Shown: in pieces, positions 44,749 through 54,869 of the stretch
Numbering within the stretch: position 1 is the first letter of the stretch
Layout of the letters: each line of letters opens with the position of its first letter
Source: Candidatus Bathyarchaeia archaeon
GTDB taxonomy: Archaea > Thermoproteota > Bathyarchaeia > Bathyarchaeales > Bathycorpusculaceae
Direction of reading: 5' to 3'
DNA length: 64,000 bases
Assembly: GCA_049970895.1 (NCBI GenBank)
Contig: JBMFMB010000003.1
Span: 1 to 64,000, forward strand
Notes under the pieces: model-generated
What the model was told of the DNA's origin: nothing
The model's input: only the letters and a program-made list of their open reading frames with translations
Database searches by the model: none
Position numbers and translations under genes: made by a program

Positions 44749-45528
44749 GTGAAAGTGGCTGTTTCCGGTAAGGGTGGTGTTGGCAAAACATTGGTGGCTG
44801 CTGGTTTGGCTTATGCTTTAGCCAGAAGAGGGTTTAGGACTATTGCCATTGATGCTGACCCCTCGCCTAATCTTGCCTTAACTTTGGGATTGTCTTCCGA
44901 GGAAGCCAGCCGCATAGTGCCCATATCTGAGAATAAGCAACTTATTGAGGCTAAAACAAGCACTGGTTATTCAGGCGTTTTCCGCTTAACCTTTACAGTT
45001 GATGATATTGTTCGTGATTATGCTATCCAAACACCTTTTGGTGTGAACCTCATTGTTATGGGGACTGTGCGTTCTGTTGGGGCTGGGTGCACTTGTCCAG
45101 CCAACGCCGTTGTCCGTTCGCTTCTTAGGCATTTGGTTGTTGAGCGGGATGAGGCTGTTGTCTTAGATATGGAGGCTGGTGTTGAGCATATGGGGCGGGG
45201 CACAGCGCGGCACGTGGACGTTATGCTTGTTGTTGTTAATGCTAATGTGAAGGCTCTTGAGACAGCCAAACGCATCCACGAGCTTGGCGTAAAAGCCGGA
45301 ATGAACAGCATACTCCTCGTCGGGAACAAGATTGAAAATGAGGCTCAGAAAGAAGCTATTGAGAAATACGCGAAAGAAAACAGCCTAGAAGTTTTGGATT
45401 ATTTGCCCTTTGACAAGATGGTTGTGGAGGCTGAGATGCAGGGAGAAACACCCCTAAAATATGGGGATGCCCCAGCCATCAAAGCCATAGAACGTTTATG
45501 CGACAGACTTTTGCGAGGCAACACCTAA
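44749..45528 (+). CDS. cooC: CO dehydrogenase Ni-insertion ATPase CooC
   Basis: GKGGVGKT, DADP, GCTCP, DMEAGVEHMGRG. Confidence 0.92.
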   Translation: MKVAVSGKGGVGKTLVAAGLAYALARRGFRTIAIDADPSPNLALTLGLSSEEASRIVPISENKQLIEAKTSTGYSGVFRLTFTVDDIVRDYAIQTPFGVNLIVMGTVRSVGAGCTCPANAVVRSLLRHLVVERDEAVVLDMEAGVEHMGRGTARHVDVMLVVVNANVKALETAKRIHELGVKAGMNSILLVGNKIENEAQKEAIEKYAKENSLEVLDYLPFDKMVVEAEMQGETPLKYGDAPAIKAIERLCDRLLRGNT

Positions 45529-45578
45529 TAATGCCCAAGGCAACAGGATAAACAAGCCACAAATGGAGTTGAAAAAAC

Positions 45579-46349
45579 ATGAAAATTCTTGTCACTATGG
45601 GGCGGGGTGGAACTGGCAAAACAAGCTTCGTAGCCCTAATGACAAAATACTTCATAGAGTTAGACGAGGCTCCACTGCTTCTTGTTGATGCTGATCCAGA
45701 CCAGAACTTGGGCGAAATGGTTGGCGTAGACCTCCATGCAGCTGGCAAAAAGTCCATTTCAGAGCTTCTTGTGGAAACCTTCCTCGAAGAGGGTGGAACT
45801 ACTGTTGGTATTCCGCCGACGGAGCGCATTGAAAGCCGAATTTGGGCACATGGAATGTACGAGGGCGAAAACTTCGACTTTATTGCCCTTGGAACAAAGT
45901 GGGTTGAGGGTTGCTATTGCCTACCAAACGCAGCCCTGAAGGGAGCTTTGGAGTCGCTCACAAAAAACTATAAGTATGTCCTAATCGATTCGCCTGCCGG
46001 CTTGGAACATCTGAATAGGCGGATAACATCCAAGGTGGACGACATCTTCGACGTCATAGACCCTTCGAAAAAGTCTTTTGACCATGTTGAGCGTGCTTAC
46101 CGTGTAGCCAAGGAGGTTAAAATCGTCTTCCAGAACTTTTATGTTGTTGGAGGTTTCCGTTTTCCAGAAAGCCTAGAAGACCAGGCTAGAAAGGTTTTGC
46201 CCTTCAAGTTTTTGGGTAGGGTTGCCTACGACGAGAATGTTGAAGAGTATGTTCTTGCCGGAAAGTCCTTGCTGGGCTTGCCGCCGGAGACGCCGGCTTA
46301 TCTTTCTGTTAAGAGGATATTGGAGGATGCTGGTTACTGCAAGGCATAA
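45579..46349 (+). CDS. CooC/AcsF-like Ni-insertion ATPase, second copy
   Basis: GRGGTGKT, EGCYC, DSPAGLEHLNR. Confidence 0.88.
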   Translation: MKILVTMGRGGTGKTSFVALMTKYFIELDEAPLLLVDADPDQNLGEMVGVDLHAAGKKSISELLVETFLEEGGTTVGIPPTERIESRIWAHGMYEGENFDFIALGTKWVEGCYCLPNAALKGALESLTKNYKYVLIDSPAGLEHLNRRITSKVDDIFDVIDPSKKSFDHVERAYRVAKEVKIVFQNFYVVGGFRFPESLEDQARKVLPFKFLGRVAYDENVEEYVLAGKSLLGLPPETPAYLSVKRILEDAGYCKA

Positions 46350-46434
46350 TCACTAATCTCGTATGAATTTTGGCGCAACATTCTAGAAAAGCTTAAAATG
46401 TTGGCTGACGACATTAAACCTTCTACCCTAGGTT

Positions 46435-48792
46435 GTGTTTACCTTGAGCAAGAAAGGATTACACGTGAAAATTGCGGAAATGAAAACAGACTTGGGGCTT
46501 ATAAAAAACCTTGAATTGTCCATTGGCAAAATAGTCGAAGAAGCATGGGCCGAACCGATGGGTCCAACGCCTTTTCCATCGCTCACAACCCTAAGAGAAT
46601 GGGACATGAAGCTTCTACAACGCTACAAGCCATTTTATTTGCCCTTCTGTGATGTTTGCTGTCTCTGCACTTTCGGCAAGTGCGACTTAACGGGCGGAAA
46701 GCGTGGAGCCTGCGGAATAGACATGGCTGCCCAACAGTCCCGTATAGTACTTTTGGCATGCTGCATAGGGGCTGCAACTCACACTGGGCATGCTCGCCAC
46801 CTTGTGGAGCACTTAATCGAGAAATATGGTAGAAGGATGCCTCTCGATGTTGGCGGGTTAAATGTTCAAGTGGAAGCGCCAGTCACAAGACTTGTTTGTG
46901 GAGTTAAACCGGAAACCCTCGGCGACCTTGAAGAAATATTGGATTATGTGGAAACACAGATAACCCATTGCTTGTCTGTTTGTCATACCGGGCAAGAGGG
47001 CGACAACCTAGATTTTGAGTCAAAAGTTTTCCATGTAGGCATGTTAGACCACGTTGGCATGGAAGTGGCTGACATAGCTCAAATAGCAGCTTACAACTTT
47101 CCAAAAGGAGATCCAGACGCGCCGCTGGTGGATTTGGGCTATGGCACAGTTAACATTGAGAAACCCGTAATCTTATGTATAGGGCATAATGTTGTCCCTT
47201 CAGTTGGCATAATTGACTATATGAAGGAGAATGGGCTTGACGGCGAAATCGAGGTTTGCGGGCTCTGCTGCACAGCCCACGACTTTACGCGGTACTACAA
47301 ACGCGGCAAAATAATAGGCCCAATTTCATGGCAATTACGCTTCATTAGAAGCGGAGTCCCCGACGTTGTTGTATTGGACGAACAGTGCATTCGGACAGAC
47401 TCGTTTTATGAGGCACAGCGAATTAAAGCGCCAGTCATAGTGGCTTCTGAAAAGAACTGCATGGGATTGCCAAACCGAACGAACGACCTAGCAGACGCAA
47501 TAGTTGAAGACCTCGTAAGCGGCAAAATCCCCGGTGCTTTAATCCTTGACCCAGAGAAAGTTGGCGAAGTAGCCGCCAAAGTTGCCTTGAAAATTGCGCC
47601 TTTGAGGAAGAAGTTTAAGGCAATTCCAGAAGTGGACGAGGTTCTGCAAAAGGCGAAGGAGTGTAGGCAATGCGGTGACTGTCGTAGGGCTTGCCCCCAA
47701 GACCTGCACATTCCAGAAGCCATGAAAGCCGCCATGGAAGGCTCATTGGCTAAGCTTGCAGACCTTTACGATTTATGTGTTGGATGTGGCAGATGCGAAG
47801 AAGCGTGCCCAGCCGGCCTACAAATCCACAGTTTCATTGTAAAGGCTGGCGAGAAAAAGCTGAAAGAGGAAACCTACAAGGTGCGGGCTGGAAGAGGACC
47901 AATACAAGATGTGGAAATCCGCAACGTTGGAAGCCCCATAGTGCTTGGCGAAATCCCAGGCGTGGTTGCCTTCGTGGGATGCGCCAACTATCCGAAGGGC
48001 GGAATTGAAGTTGCAGAAATGTGCCGCGAATTCGCCAACAGGCGTTACATAGTTGTGACTTCTGGATGTGCCGCTATGACGGCTGGCATGTACAAGAATG
48101 AGGAGGGCAAAACGCCATATGAGGAGTTTACTGGAGAGTTTGCGGCTGGAGGGGTGGTGAATGTTGGCTCATGTGTTGCTAATGCGCATATTGCTGGTGC
48201 AGCCATAAAAATAGCCAACATATTCGCAAAAAGGAATTTGAGAGCTAATTATGAGGAGATAGCCGACTACATCCTCAACCGTGTGGGCGCCGTCGGCGTT
48301 GCATGGGGGGCCTACTCCCAAAAGGCTGCTTCCATAGCTTCTGGCTTCTGGCGTTTAGGCATCCCAGTAATTGTTGGCCCCCACGGCATAAAGTATAGGC
48401 GCATGTTGTTGGGGAGGGCTGACCGCGAAGAAGACTGGTATGTTTATGACGCGCGTACTGGCGAGAAGGTGTATGTTGGACCCACCCCAGAGCACTTGTT
48501 CTATGCGGCTGAAACTAAGGAAGAAGCCATGGTTATGATTGCAAAGCTTTGCATGCGTCCCAACGACACGACAAAGGGGCGAGCCATAAAGCTAACTCAT
48601 TATATTGACTTGCACAAACGCCTTTATGGGGCAATGCCCGAAGACATCCACCGCTTCGTGCGAACGGTTGCTGACATACCCGTAACAATGAAGGATGAAA
48701 TCATCAAAATCCTTGAAGAGAAGGGCTGGAAAGAAACGGTGATTCCAGACCCGACGCTTTTGCCTAGACTTATTAGGAAAAAGAAGGAGTAA
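46435..48792 (+). CDS. cdhA: CODH/ACS complex alpha subunit
   Basis: MGPTPFP, CCLCTFGKCDL, GHNV, GLCCT, 2x4Fe-4S insert, GSCVAN, WGAYSQKA, PDPT. Confidence 0.97.
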   Translation: MFTLSKKGLHVKIAEMKTDLGLIKNLELSIGKIVEEAWAEPMGPTPFPSLTTLREWDMKLLQRYKPFYLPFCDVCCLCTFGKCDLTGGKRGACGIDMAAQQSRIVLLACCIGAATHTGHARHLVEHLIEKYGRRMPLDVGGLNVQVEAPVTRLVCGVKPETLGDLEEILDYVETQITHCLSVCHTGQEGDNLDFESKVFHVGMLDHVGMEVADIAQIAAYNFPKGDPDAPLVDLGYGTVNIEKPVILCIGHNVVPSVGIIDYMKENGLDGEIEVCGLCCTAHDFTRYYKRGKIIGPISWQLRFIRSGVPDVVVLDEQCIRTDSFYEAQRIKAPVIVASEKNCMGLPNRTNDLADAIVEDLVSGKIPGALILDPEKVGEVAAKVALKIAPLRKKFKAIPEVDEVLQKAKECRQCGDCRRACPQDLHIPEAMKAAMEGSLAKLADLYDLCVGCGRCEEACPAGLQIHSFIVKAGEKKLKEETYKVRAGRGPIQDVEIRNVGSPIVLGEIPGVVAFVGCANYPKGGIEVAEMCREFANRRYIVVTSGCAAMTAGMYKNEEGKTPYEEFTGEFAAGGVVNVGSCVANAHIAGAAIKIANIFAKRNLRANYEEIADYILNRVGAVGVAWGAYSQKAASIASGFWRLGIPVIVGPHGIKYRRMLLGRADREEDWYVYDARTGEKVYVGPTPEHLFYAAETKEEAMVMIAKLCMRPNDTTKGRAIKLTHYIDLHKRLYGAMPEDIHRFVRTVADIPVTMKDEIIKILEEKGWKETVIPDPTLLPRLIRKKKE

Positions 48793-48810
48793 AAACGGAG
48801 GGACGCGTAT

Positions 48811-49341
48811 ATGGCGGCGGAACCCTGGCAGACAGCTGAAATTCCTGGACCCAAAAAGGCACTTGTCATAACAAAGCCTGAAGTTGTTGCAGCAATGATT
48901 AAGCGGGCTAAGCATCCGGTGCTTGTTGTTGGGCATAAGGCGGCTGAAATAGAATTTGAAGGCGGAAAACTCATAGACTTCATCATCGAATTTTCAAAGA
49001 AGAGCGACATTCCAGTTGTGGCAACAGCCCACATGATAGGCGAATTCACAAGACGCGGCTTCAAACCAGCAGCCTTCATGCCAGCAGTAGACATTGGAAA
49101 TCGCCTCGTTGACCCCTCTTGGACCGGTGTGGATGGTAAGGGACAGCATGACTTAGTCTTATTTGTTGGGCTTTACTATTACATGGAGTGGACTATTTTG
49201 TCTGGGCTGAAGCACTTCGCTCAACACCTGAAAACAATTTCGCTGGATAATGTTTATCATCCTCATGCAAGTTGGTCTTTCCCAAACCTTTCCTACGAGG
49301 AGTGGGTGAAAAACCTTAAAGTCATAATGGAGAAAGTTTGA
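48811..49341 (+). CDS. cdhB: CODH/ACS complex epsilon subunit
   Basis: PWQTAEIPGP, KRAKHP, LSGLKHF, HASWSF. Confidence 0.95.
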   Translation: MAAEPWQTAEIPGPKKALVITKPEVVAAMIKRAKHPVLVVGHKAAEIEFEGGKLIDFIIEFSKKSDIPVVATAHMIGEFTRRGFKPAAFMPAVDIGNRLVDPSWTGVDGKGQHDLVLFVGLYYYMEWTILSGLKHFAQHLKTISLDNVYHPHASWSFPNLSYEEWVKNLKVIMEKV

Positions 49342-50783
49342 AGGAGGCGAAACTTGAAATGAGCATGTTTCAGGACATACCCGTCGACGTCGGAGTAATC
49401 TACGAGGGCGAACGCATAAGAAGAAAAGACATGTACGTGGAGCTGGGTGGACCAGACGTCAAAGAAAAATTTGAGCTTGCAAGAGTCAAAAAGCCAGATG
49501 AAGTTGAAGATGGAAAAATAACCATCATTGGACCAGACATTAAGGACATGGAGGAGGGCAAAACCTACCCTTTCGGCATCATCATTGAAGTGGCTGGAGC
49601 CAAACTTGAGCCAGAGCTGGAAGGCGTTATTGAGAGGCGAATTCACGCCTACTGCAATTATATTGAGGGTTTTATGCATCTAAACCAGCGTTATGACATT
49701 TGGCTTAGGCTTAGCAAGAAGTCCTATCAGAAGGGCTTAAACTCTTTCCAATATATTGGCAAGGTTTTACATAGGCTGTTTAAGAGCGAACTACCAATAG
49801 TCGAGAAGATGCAAATAACCTTCATAACAGACGCCGAAAAAGTCAAGGAGCTTTACCCACAAGCACTGCAGATTTACGAGGCAAGGGACGCCAGGGCTAG
49901 GGGGCTTAAAGACGAGGAAGTGGACAAGTTTTATGGATGCATCCTATGCCAGTCTTTTGCACCAACCCACTGCTGTGTGATAACGCCTCAACGCTATTCC
50001 AACTGCGGCGCCATAAGCTGGTTTGACGCTAGAGCTTCAGCAAACATAGACCCAAAAGGTCCAATATTCGAAATTGACAAAGGCGAACTCCTAGACCCTG
50101 TTAAGGGCGAGTATTCAGGCGTTAACGAGGCTGTTAAGAAACGCACATTAGGCGAAATAACCCGCGTTTGGCTTTACACAGCTTTTGGCTATCCGCACAC
50201 TTCTTGTGGCTGTTTTGAGGGCGTTGCCTTCTACATCCCAGAGGTGGACGGCTTCGGCATAGTGCACAGAGGCTACAAGGATGTAACCGTAAACGGCTTA
50301 GCCTTCTCAACACTAGCGGATTCGACTGCTGGCGGACGGCAGGTGGACGGCTTCCATGGCATATCCATCGAATATATGCGCTCTCCAAAGTTTCTGCAGG
50401 CTGACGGCGGCTACAAACGTGTCGTCTGGATGCCTAAAGAGGTGAAGGAACGCGTGAAGAGCTTCATCCCAGCCGATCTTGTGGACAAGATCGCCACCGA
50501 GGAGGATGCCAAAACCATTGATGAGTTGAAAGCCTTCCTGAAAGAGCGTGGTCACCCAGTTGTGGAACGCTGGAAGGAGGAGGTTGTGGCGGTTCCAGAG
50601 GCTGTTCCAGCAGAAGCCGCTGAAGCTAGGGAGGAGGCTGCACCAGCAACGGTTCCAGCAATTACTGCGGCAACCCTGCCCATACCCGCTGGAGGATACA
50701 AAATCATATTAAAAGACGCCAAAATCTACGCAAAACGCGTCATAATAAAGACTGTTAAAAGCGAGAAGTCTGAGAAAAGGTGA
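49338..50783 (+). CDS. cdhC: acetyl-CoA synthase beta subunit
   Basis: YEGERIR, ERRIH, FYGCILCQSFAPTH, PHTSCGCFE. Confidence 0.97.
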   Translation: MKEAKLEMSMFQDIPVDVGVIYEGERIRRKDMYVELGGPDVKEKFELARVKKPDEVEDGKITIIGPDIKDMEEGKTYPFGIIIEVAGAKLEPELEGVIERRIHAYCNYIEGFMHLNQRYDIWLRLSKKSYQKGLNSFQYIGKVLHRLFKSELPIVEKMQITFITDAEKVKELYPQALQIYEARDARARGLKDEEVDKFYGCILCQSFAPTHCCVITPQRYSNCGAISWFDARASANIDPKGPIFEIDKGELLDPVKGEYSGVNEAVKKRTLGEITRVWLYTAFGYPHTSCGCFEGVAFYIPEVDGFGIVHRGYKDVTVNGLAFSTLADSTAGGRQVDGFHGISIEYMRSPKFLQADGGYKRVVWMPKEVKERVKSFIPADLVDKIATEEDAKTIDELKAFLKERGHPVVERWKEEVVAVPEAVPAEAAEAREEAAPATVPAITAATLPIPAGGYKIILKDAKIYAKRVIIKTVKSEKSEKR

Positions 50784-50789
50784 AGGAAC

Positions 50790-52016
50790 TTGGCTGAAAA
50801 GCAGGAAAAGGACGAAACAGTTTTAGGCTTGAAGCTGAACTCGCGGCTTCTGGAGCTACTGGCAAAGCTTCAGGAAGTTGAACTTGAAGACTTCGAGATG
50901 GAGGTTGGCGACCTAGAGATTTGGCTTCAACCCGGCGCAGTTGCTGTCCCACCAGCGGTAGCTCCGCCGAAAGTTGCACCACCAGTTAAGGCTAAACCAA
51001 CACAAATAATTGAAGCTGAGTTTGTTCCGCCCGTTGAAACTTATCCAGGCAGGGTTGTGGAGGTTAAGCTTGGCGCCACACGAAGCGAAGGAGGCACACG
51101 CGGCAAAACCGTGGTAATTGGTGGCGAAACCACACCAGCCTTCTACACCTTTGAGAGACCCACGCTCCATCCGCCAGTCATATCCCTAGACGTTTTCGAC
51201 ATGGAAGTGCCATTAGCTAAAGCCGTGAAAATGCATGTCAAGGATGTGTTAGGCGACCCTGCGGCTTGGGCTAGGCTGGCTGTTGAAAAGTTTGGCGCAG
51301 ATATGATTACAATTCACCTCATCAGCATTGACCCGCTGGTTAAGGATGCCTCGCCCAAAGAGGCTGTTAAAACCGTTGAGGCTGTTGCCCAAGCCGTCGA
51401 TGTGCCACTGATCATTGGAGGCTGCGGAGACCCTGCGAAGGACGCAGATGTTTTCCAAGAGGTTTGCGAAACATTTGCTGGCGAGCGTTTCTTGATAAGC
51501 TCTATCACTAGGGATATGGATGTTGAGCGTTGTGCCAAATTCGTCAAGAAGAATGGGCATGTGGCACTTTCTTTTACGCCTATGGACTTAAACTTGGCTA
51601 GGGAGCTTAACCGCCGATTATACGATTTCTTGCCAAAAGAGGATATTGTCATGGACCTGACAACGGCGGCTTTAGGCTACGGTTTAGACTACGCGTTTAC
51701 TAATATGGAGAGAGCCCGTCTAGCAGCTTTGATGGGCGATCCCGAGCTGGCTCATCCCATGTCCTCTGGAACAACAAACGCTTGGGCAGCCCGTGAAGCA
51801 TGGATGAAAATGGCTCCAGAATGGGAACCCCGAGAACTCCGCGGACCATTATGGGAGGTTGTAACCGCTTTGACGCTTCTATTGGCTGGTGTAGACCTAT
51901 TCATGATGATGCATCCAGCAGCCGTCAAAACTGTCAAGGATGTTATTGCCCAGCTTATGGGTGGCAAGTCTGGAGACGCTGAACGCCTCGTGGAATGGGT
52001 TACCGTCAAGGTTTAG
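50790..52016 (+). CDS. cdhD: corrinoid FeS protein small (delta) subunit
   Basis: GATRSEGGTR, TTAALGYGLDY, NAWAAREAW, MMMHP. Confidence 0.96.
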   Translation: MAEKQEKDETVLGLKLNSRLLELLAKLQEVELEDFEMEVGDLEIWLQPGAVAVPPAVAPPKVAPPVKAKPTQIIEAEFVPPVETYPGRVVEVKLGATRSEGGTRGKTVVIGGETTPAFYTFERPTLHPPVISLDVFDMEVPLAKAVKMHVKDVLGDPAAWARLAVEKFGADMITIHLISIDPLVKDASPKEAVKTVEAVAQAVDVPLIIGGCGDPAKDADVFQEVCETFAGERFLISSITRDMDVERCAKFVKKNGHVALSFTPMDLNLARELNRRLYDFLPKEDIVMDLTTAALGYGLDYAFTNMERARLAALMGDPELAHPMSSGTTNAWAAREAWMKMAPEWEPRELRGPLWEVVTALTLLLAGVDLFMMMHPAAVKTVKDVIAQLMGGKSGDAERLVEWVTVKV

Positions 52017-52030
52017 GCGCTTAATGGAGG

Positions 52031-53485
52031 TTGAAACTTATGAGTGAAAGAGAAGCGAAGGGCAAGATTGACGTTAAAGAGCTTAGCCCAATAGACGTTT
52101 ACAAGCTTCTGCCCCGCACAAACTGCAAGGAGTGCGGCGAAGAAAACTGCATGGCCTTCGCCACAAAAGTCGTAAACCGCGAAGTCCCCATCGAAAAGTG
52201 CAAGCCAATTTTGAAGAAGGAGTTTGAGAAGGCTTACAAGCAGCTAAAGGAGATGCTCAAGCCAGCCATAAAAGAGGTTGTTGTCGGCACCGGCGAAGGG
52301 GCTATCAAGATTGGTGGAAAACTAGTGATGTACCGCCACGAGCTCACATACTTTAACCCAACAGCCATAGCCATAGACGTCACGGACGAGATGTCAGAAG
52401 AAGAAATCCTAAGCCGCGTTAAACGTGTTGAAGAGTTCCGCTACGAGTATATCGGGCAGATTTTGAAGCTGGACATGATTGCCATCCGCTCCACGTCCAA
52501 CGACCCAGACAAGTTTAAGGCAACAGTCAAGAAAGTGGCTGAAAACACAAAACTGCCAATGATTTTGTGCTCGCTGAACCCAACGGTTTTAGAAGCTGGG
52601 TTGATGGCTGCTCCCAAGGCTAGACCACTCTTGTATGCGGCTACTAAGGATAATTGGCGGGAGATGGCTGAACTAGCCCTAATGTACGGCTGCCCACTGG
52701 CTGTTTTTGCACCCAACAACCTTAAACTCTTGAAGTCATTGGCTAAGACGCTATTGGAATACGGCGTTGAAGACTTGGTTCTGGATCCGGGCACTTTCGC
52801 TGGCGAAGGCTTGGCAGACACCCTAAACAATTTCACAATGATTAGGCGTTTGGCCTGTAAGCATGGCGACGAACTTTTCGGCTTTCCATTAATGGGTGTG
52901 CCGATGACCGTTTGGCTTGACAGCGCCGGATTAGCCCAAGAAATTGTCAAATGGCGGGAAGCCTACTTGGCTGCTATGCTCATAGTTCGTTTCGCCGACA
53001 TCCTCATAATGCACAGCCTAGACGGTTGGGCTCTACTACCAAACGTCATTTTAAGGGCTAACATTTACACAGACCCCCGCAAGCCAGTTGCCGTGGAGCC
53101 GGGCTTGAAGGTTTTTGGAACTCCAGACGAGAATTCGCCAGTAATGTTCACCACAAACTTCGCCCTAACATACTATACAGTGGCTTCAGACATAGAATCA
53201 GCAAAAATAAACGCGTATTTGCTTGTTGTGGACACCGAGGGCATAGCGGTAGACAGCGCAGTAGCCGGCCGCAAACTAACAGCAGAAAAGGTAGCCGAAG
53301 CAATAAAGGCTTCTGGAATAGAAAGCAAGGTGAAACACAGAAAACTGATTATTCCGGGCAAGGCTGCGCGCCTAAGCGGAGAAATAGAAGAGCTAAGCGG
53401 ATGGCAAGTCCTAGTAGGCCCCAGAGACTCGTCGGAGATTCCAAAATTCTTGCAAGAAAAGTGGCAAACAAGCCAAAATCCCTAA
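52031..53485 (+). CDS. cdhE: corrinoid FeS protein large (gamma) subunit
   Basis: LPRTNCKECG..CMAFA, IYTDPRKP, TTNFALTY, VGPRDS. Confidence 0.97.
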   Translation: MKLMSEREAKGKIDVKELSPIDVYKLLPRTNCKECGEENCMAFATKVVNREVPIEKCKPILKKEFEKAYKQLKEMLKPAIKEVVVGTGEGAIKIGGKLVMYRHELTYFNPTAIAIDVTDEMSEEEILSRVKRVEEFRYEYIGQILKLDMIAIRSTSNDPDKFKATVKKVAENTKLPMILCSLNPTVLEAGLMAAPKARPLLYAATKDNWREMAELALMYGCPLAVFAPNNLKLLKSLAKTLLEYGVEDLVLDPGTFAGEGLADTLNNFTMIRRLACKHGDELFGFPLMGVPMTVWLDSAGLAQEIVKWREAYLAAMLIVRFADILIMHSLDGWALLPNVILRANIYTDPRKPVAVEPGLKVFGTPDENSPVMFTTNFALTYYTVASDIESAKINAYLLVVDTEGIAVDSAVAGRKLTAEKVAEAIKASGIESKVKHRKLIIPGKAARLSGEIEELSGWQVLVGPRDSSEIPKFLQEKWQTSQNP

Positions 53486-53596
53486 CTACTGTTTTATTGG
53501 TGGAAAACTCTATAGAGGGGAGGGGTAGGTGAAAATAGCGCCTGAAAACCGTCCAAATTCCTATCATCAACAAAATTGACATGCTTGCCGCTTATT

Positions 53597-54079
53597 TTAT
53601 GTCATTTGTGGTTTGTATAGCTTCAAGTATTCTGTGGCTGTTGGGAATATTGCCCTAACCCTTTCGTGGCGTTTTTTGGCGTTTATGGCGTTTTCTAACA
53701 TTGTGAAAGCCCTTGATGTGCTAAACCTTTCTGTTTCGCCATTCTCCCTTCTCCGCACGACCTTTATGCAGTTGTCCACTATGCAGTTTAGCACGCATGC
53801 TCCACAGTATATGCAAAGCTCCTCCGTTATACCAACTTCGCCTGTTGCCCGCCAAAACAGGGCGTTTGTTGGGCAAGCCTTAATGCACAATTTACACTCT
53901 ACACCTTTGCATGTGCGCTTGTCTATTGTTATGCTTCCGCCGACAAAGAATTCTTTAACGCCCAAGGGTGCGAGAAGTTCTTCTCGGCGTTTTCGCTTTT
54001 CCTTCTCACTGGTTTCAACAAGCAGGCTAAATATGTCGGATGCTGCGGATTCACCGGGCTTGACGCCTTTCCTCTCCAT
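53597..54079 (-). CDS. 4Fe-4S dicluster ferredoxin-like protein
   Basis: CKGVECKLCIKACP and CIYCGACVLNC. Confidence 0.88.
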   Translation of the reverse strand: MERKGVKPGESAASDIFSLLVETSEKEKRKRREELLAPLGVKEFFVGGSITIDKRTCKGVECKLCIKACPTNALFWRATGEVGITEELCIYCGACVLNCIVDNCIKVVRRRENGETERFSTSRAFTMLENAINAKKRHERVRAIFPTATEYLKLYKPQMT

Positions 54080-54278
54080 TCAATTTCATCTTGCCAATGC
54101 CTTACAAGAAAGTACTAGCCGTTCACAATTATAACTATTTTATTCAATAAACATCCAATACGATATCAAAATCTAAGGAGTCAACTATCTAATCCGTTAG
54201 TCAAGCACGCTTAACCGATAAGACTTCAAGCTTAGTCTATTCGCCCAAGAGCTTCCTAAGACTAAAGTTATTCTCGCC

Positions 54279-54551
54279 TTACTGAACTTTTGCTTGTTCT
54301 GGTTCTGGACCAGCCATGATGTTCGTGGATACGCCAAGCCTATGTTCAAGCTCACTTATGCGGGATTCAAGCTTCTCAATGCTTTCATTCTTAATCCTAA
54401 CCTTTTGTTCCAGTTCTTTTATGGCTAGCTTTTCCTCCAGCAGCCGTGCTCTTTCCTCTAGGGTTTTCTCCTTCTCTTCCAGCGAATGAAGCTGAAACTC
54501 CAGCTCAGCCTTCTTCTTCTGTAAGTCTTCGATTTCATGCCACAAAGTCAA
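54279..54551 (-). CDS. small coiled-coil protein
   Basis: Heptad Leu/Glu/Lys pattern, AAGGA RBS, motif promoter upstream. Confidence 0.7.
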   Translation of the reverse strand: MTLWHEIEDLQKKKAELEFQLHSLEEKEKTLEERARLLEEKLAIKELEQKVRIKNESIEKLESRISELEHRLGVSTNIMAGPEPEQAKVQ

Positions 54552-54585
54552 ATTCCTTACACCATCCGTAAGCTTTACACCCTAC

Positions 54586-54625
54586 AAATAATTAGGGTTA
54601 TGAATCCAGAATCCATATCAAAAAT
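54586..54625 (-). promoter_or_regulatory. TTCAT-anchored motif plus TATA-like box
   Basis: Minus strand ATTTTTGATATGGATTCTGGATTCAT-aaccc-TAATTATTT, 24/26 to the 7812 copy. Confidence 0.65.
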
Positions 54626-54674
54626 CAGTAGCCAAAACCGCAAAGAATATAGCGATACAGGGCGTTTAGCCTAG

Positions 54675-54869
54675 ATGAGAGGGTTAGAAGCAATGTGCGA
54701 GTTTAAAGTTATACTAGATGGAAAAGAAGTTTGGAACGACGTTGTCTATGCAAAGGCTGAGGGCGGAAAAGTAACAGTTAAGGACGTTTCTGGACAAGCA
54801 AAGGAGTTTAAAAACTGCAAGATTGTTGAAGTGGATGTAAACACAACCCGCCTAGTGCTAGCCCATTAA
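54675..54869 (+). CDS. cooT: CooT family nickel-binding protein
   Basis: MCEFKV N-terminus (likely start ATG 54693), DV..G..I.EVD; near cdh cluster. Confidence 0.8.
   Translation: MRGLEAMCEFKVILDGKEVWNDVVYAKAEGGKVTVKDVSGQAKEFKNCKIVEVDVNTTRLVLAH

Noticed and set aside
53490-53596. Fragment RLKTVQIPIINKIDML resembling a GTPase NKxD motif
   Set aside because: Too short to support a call.
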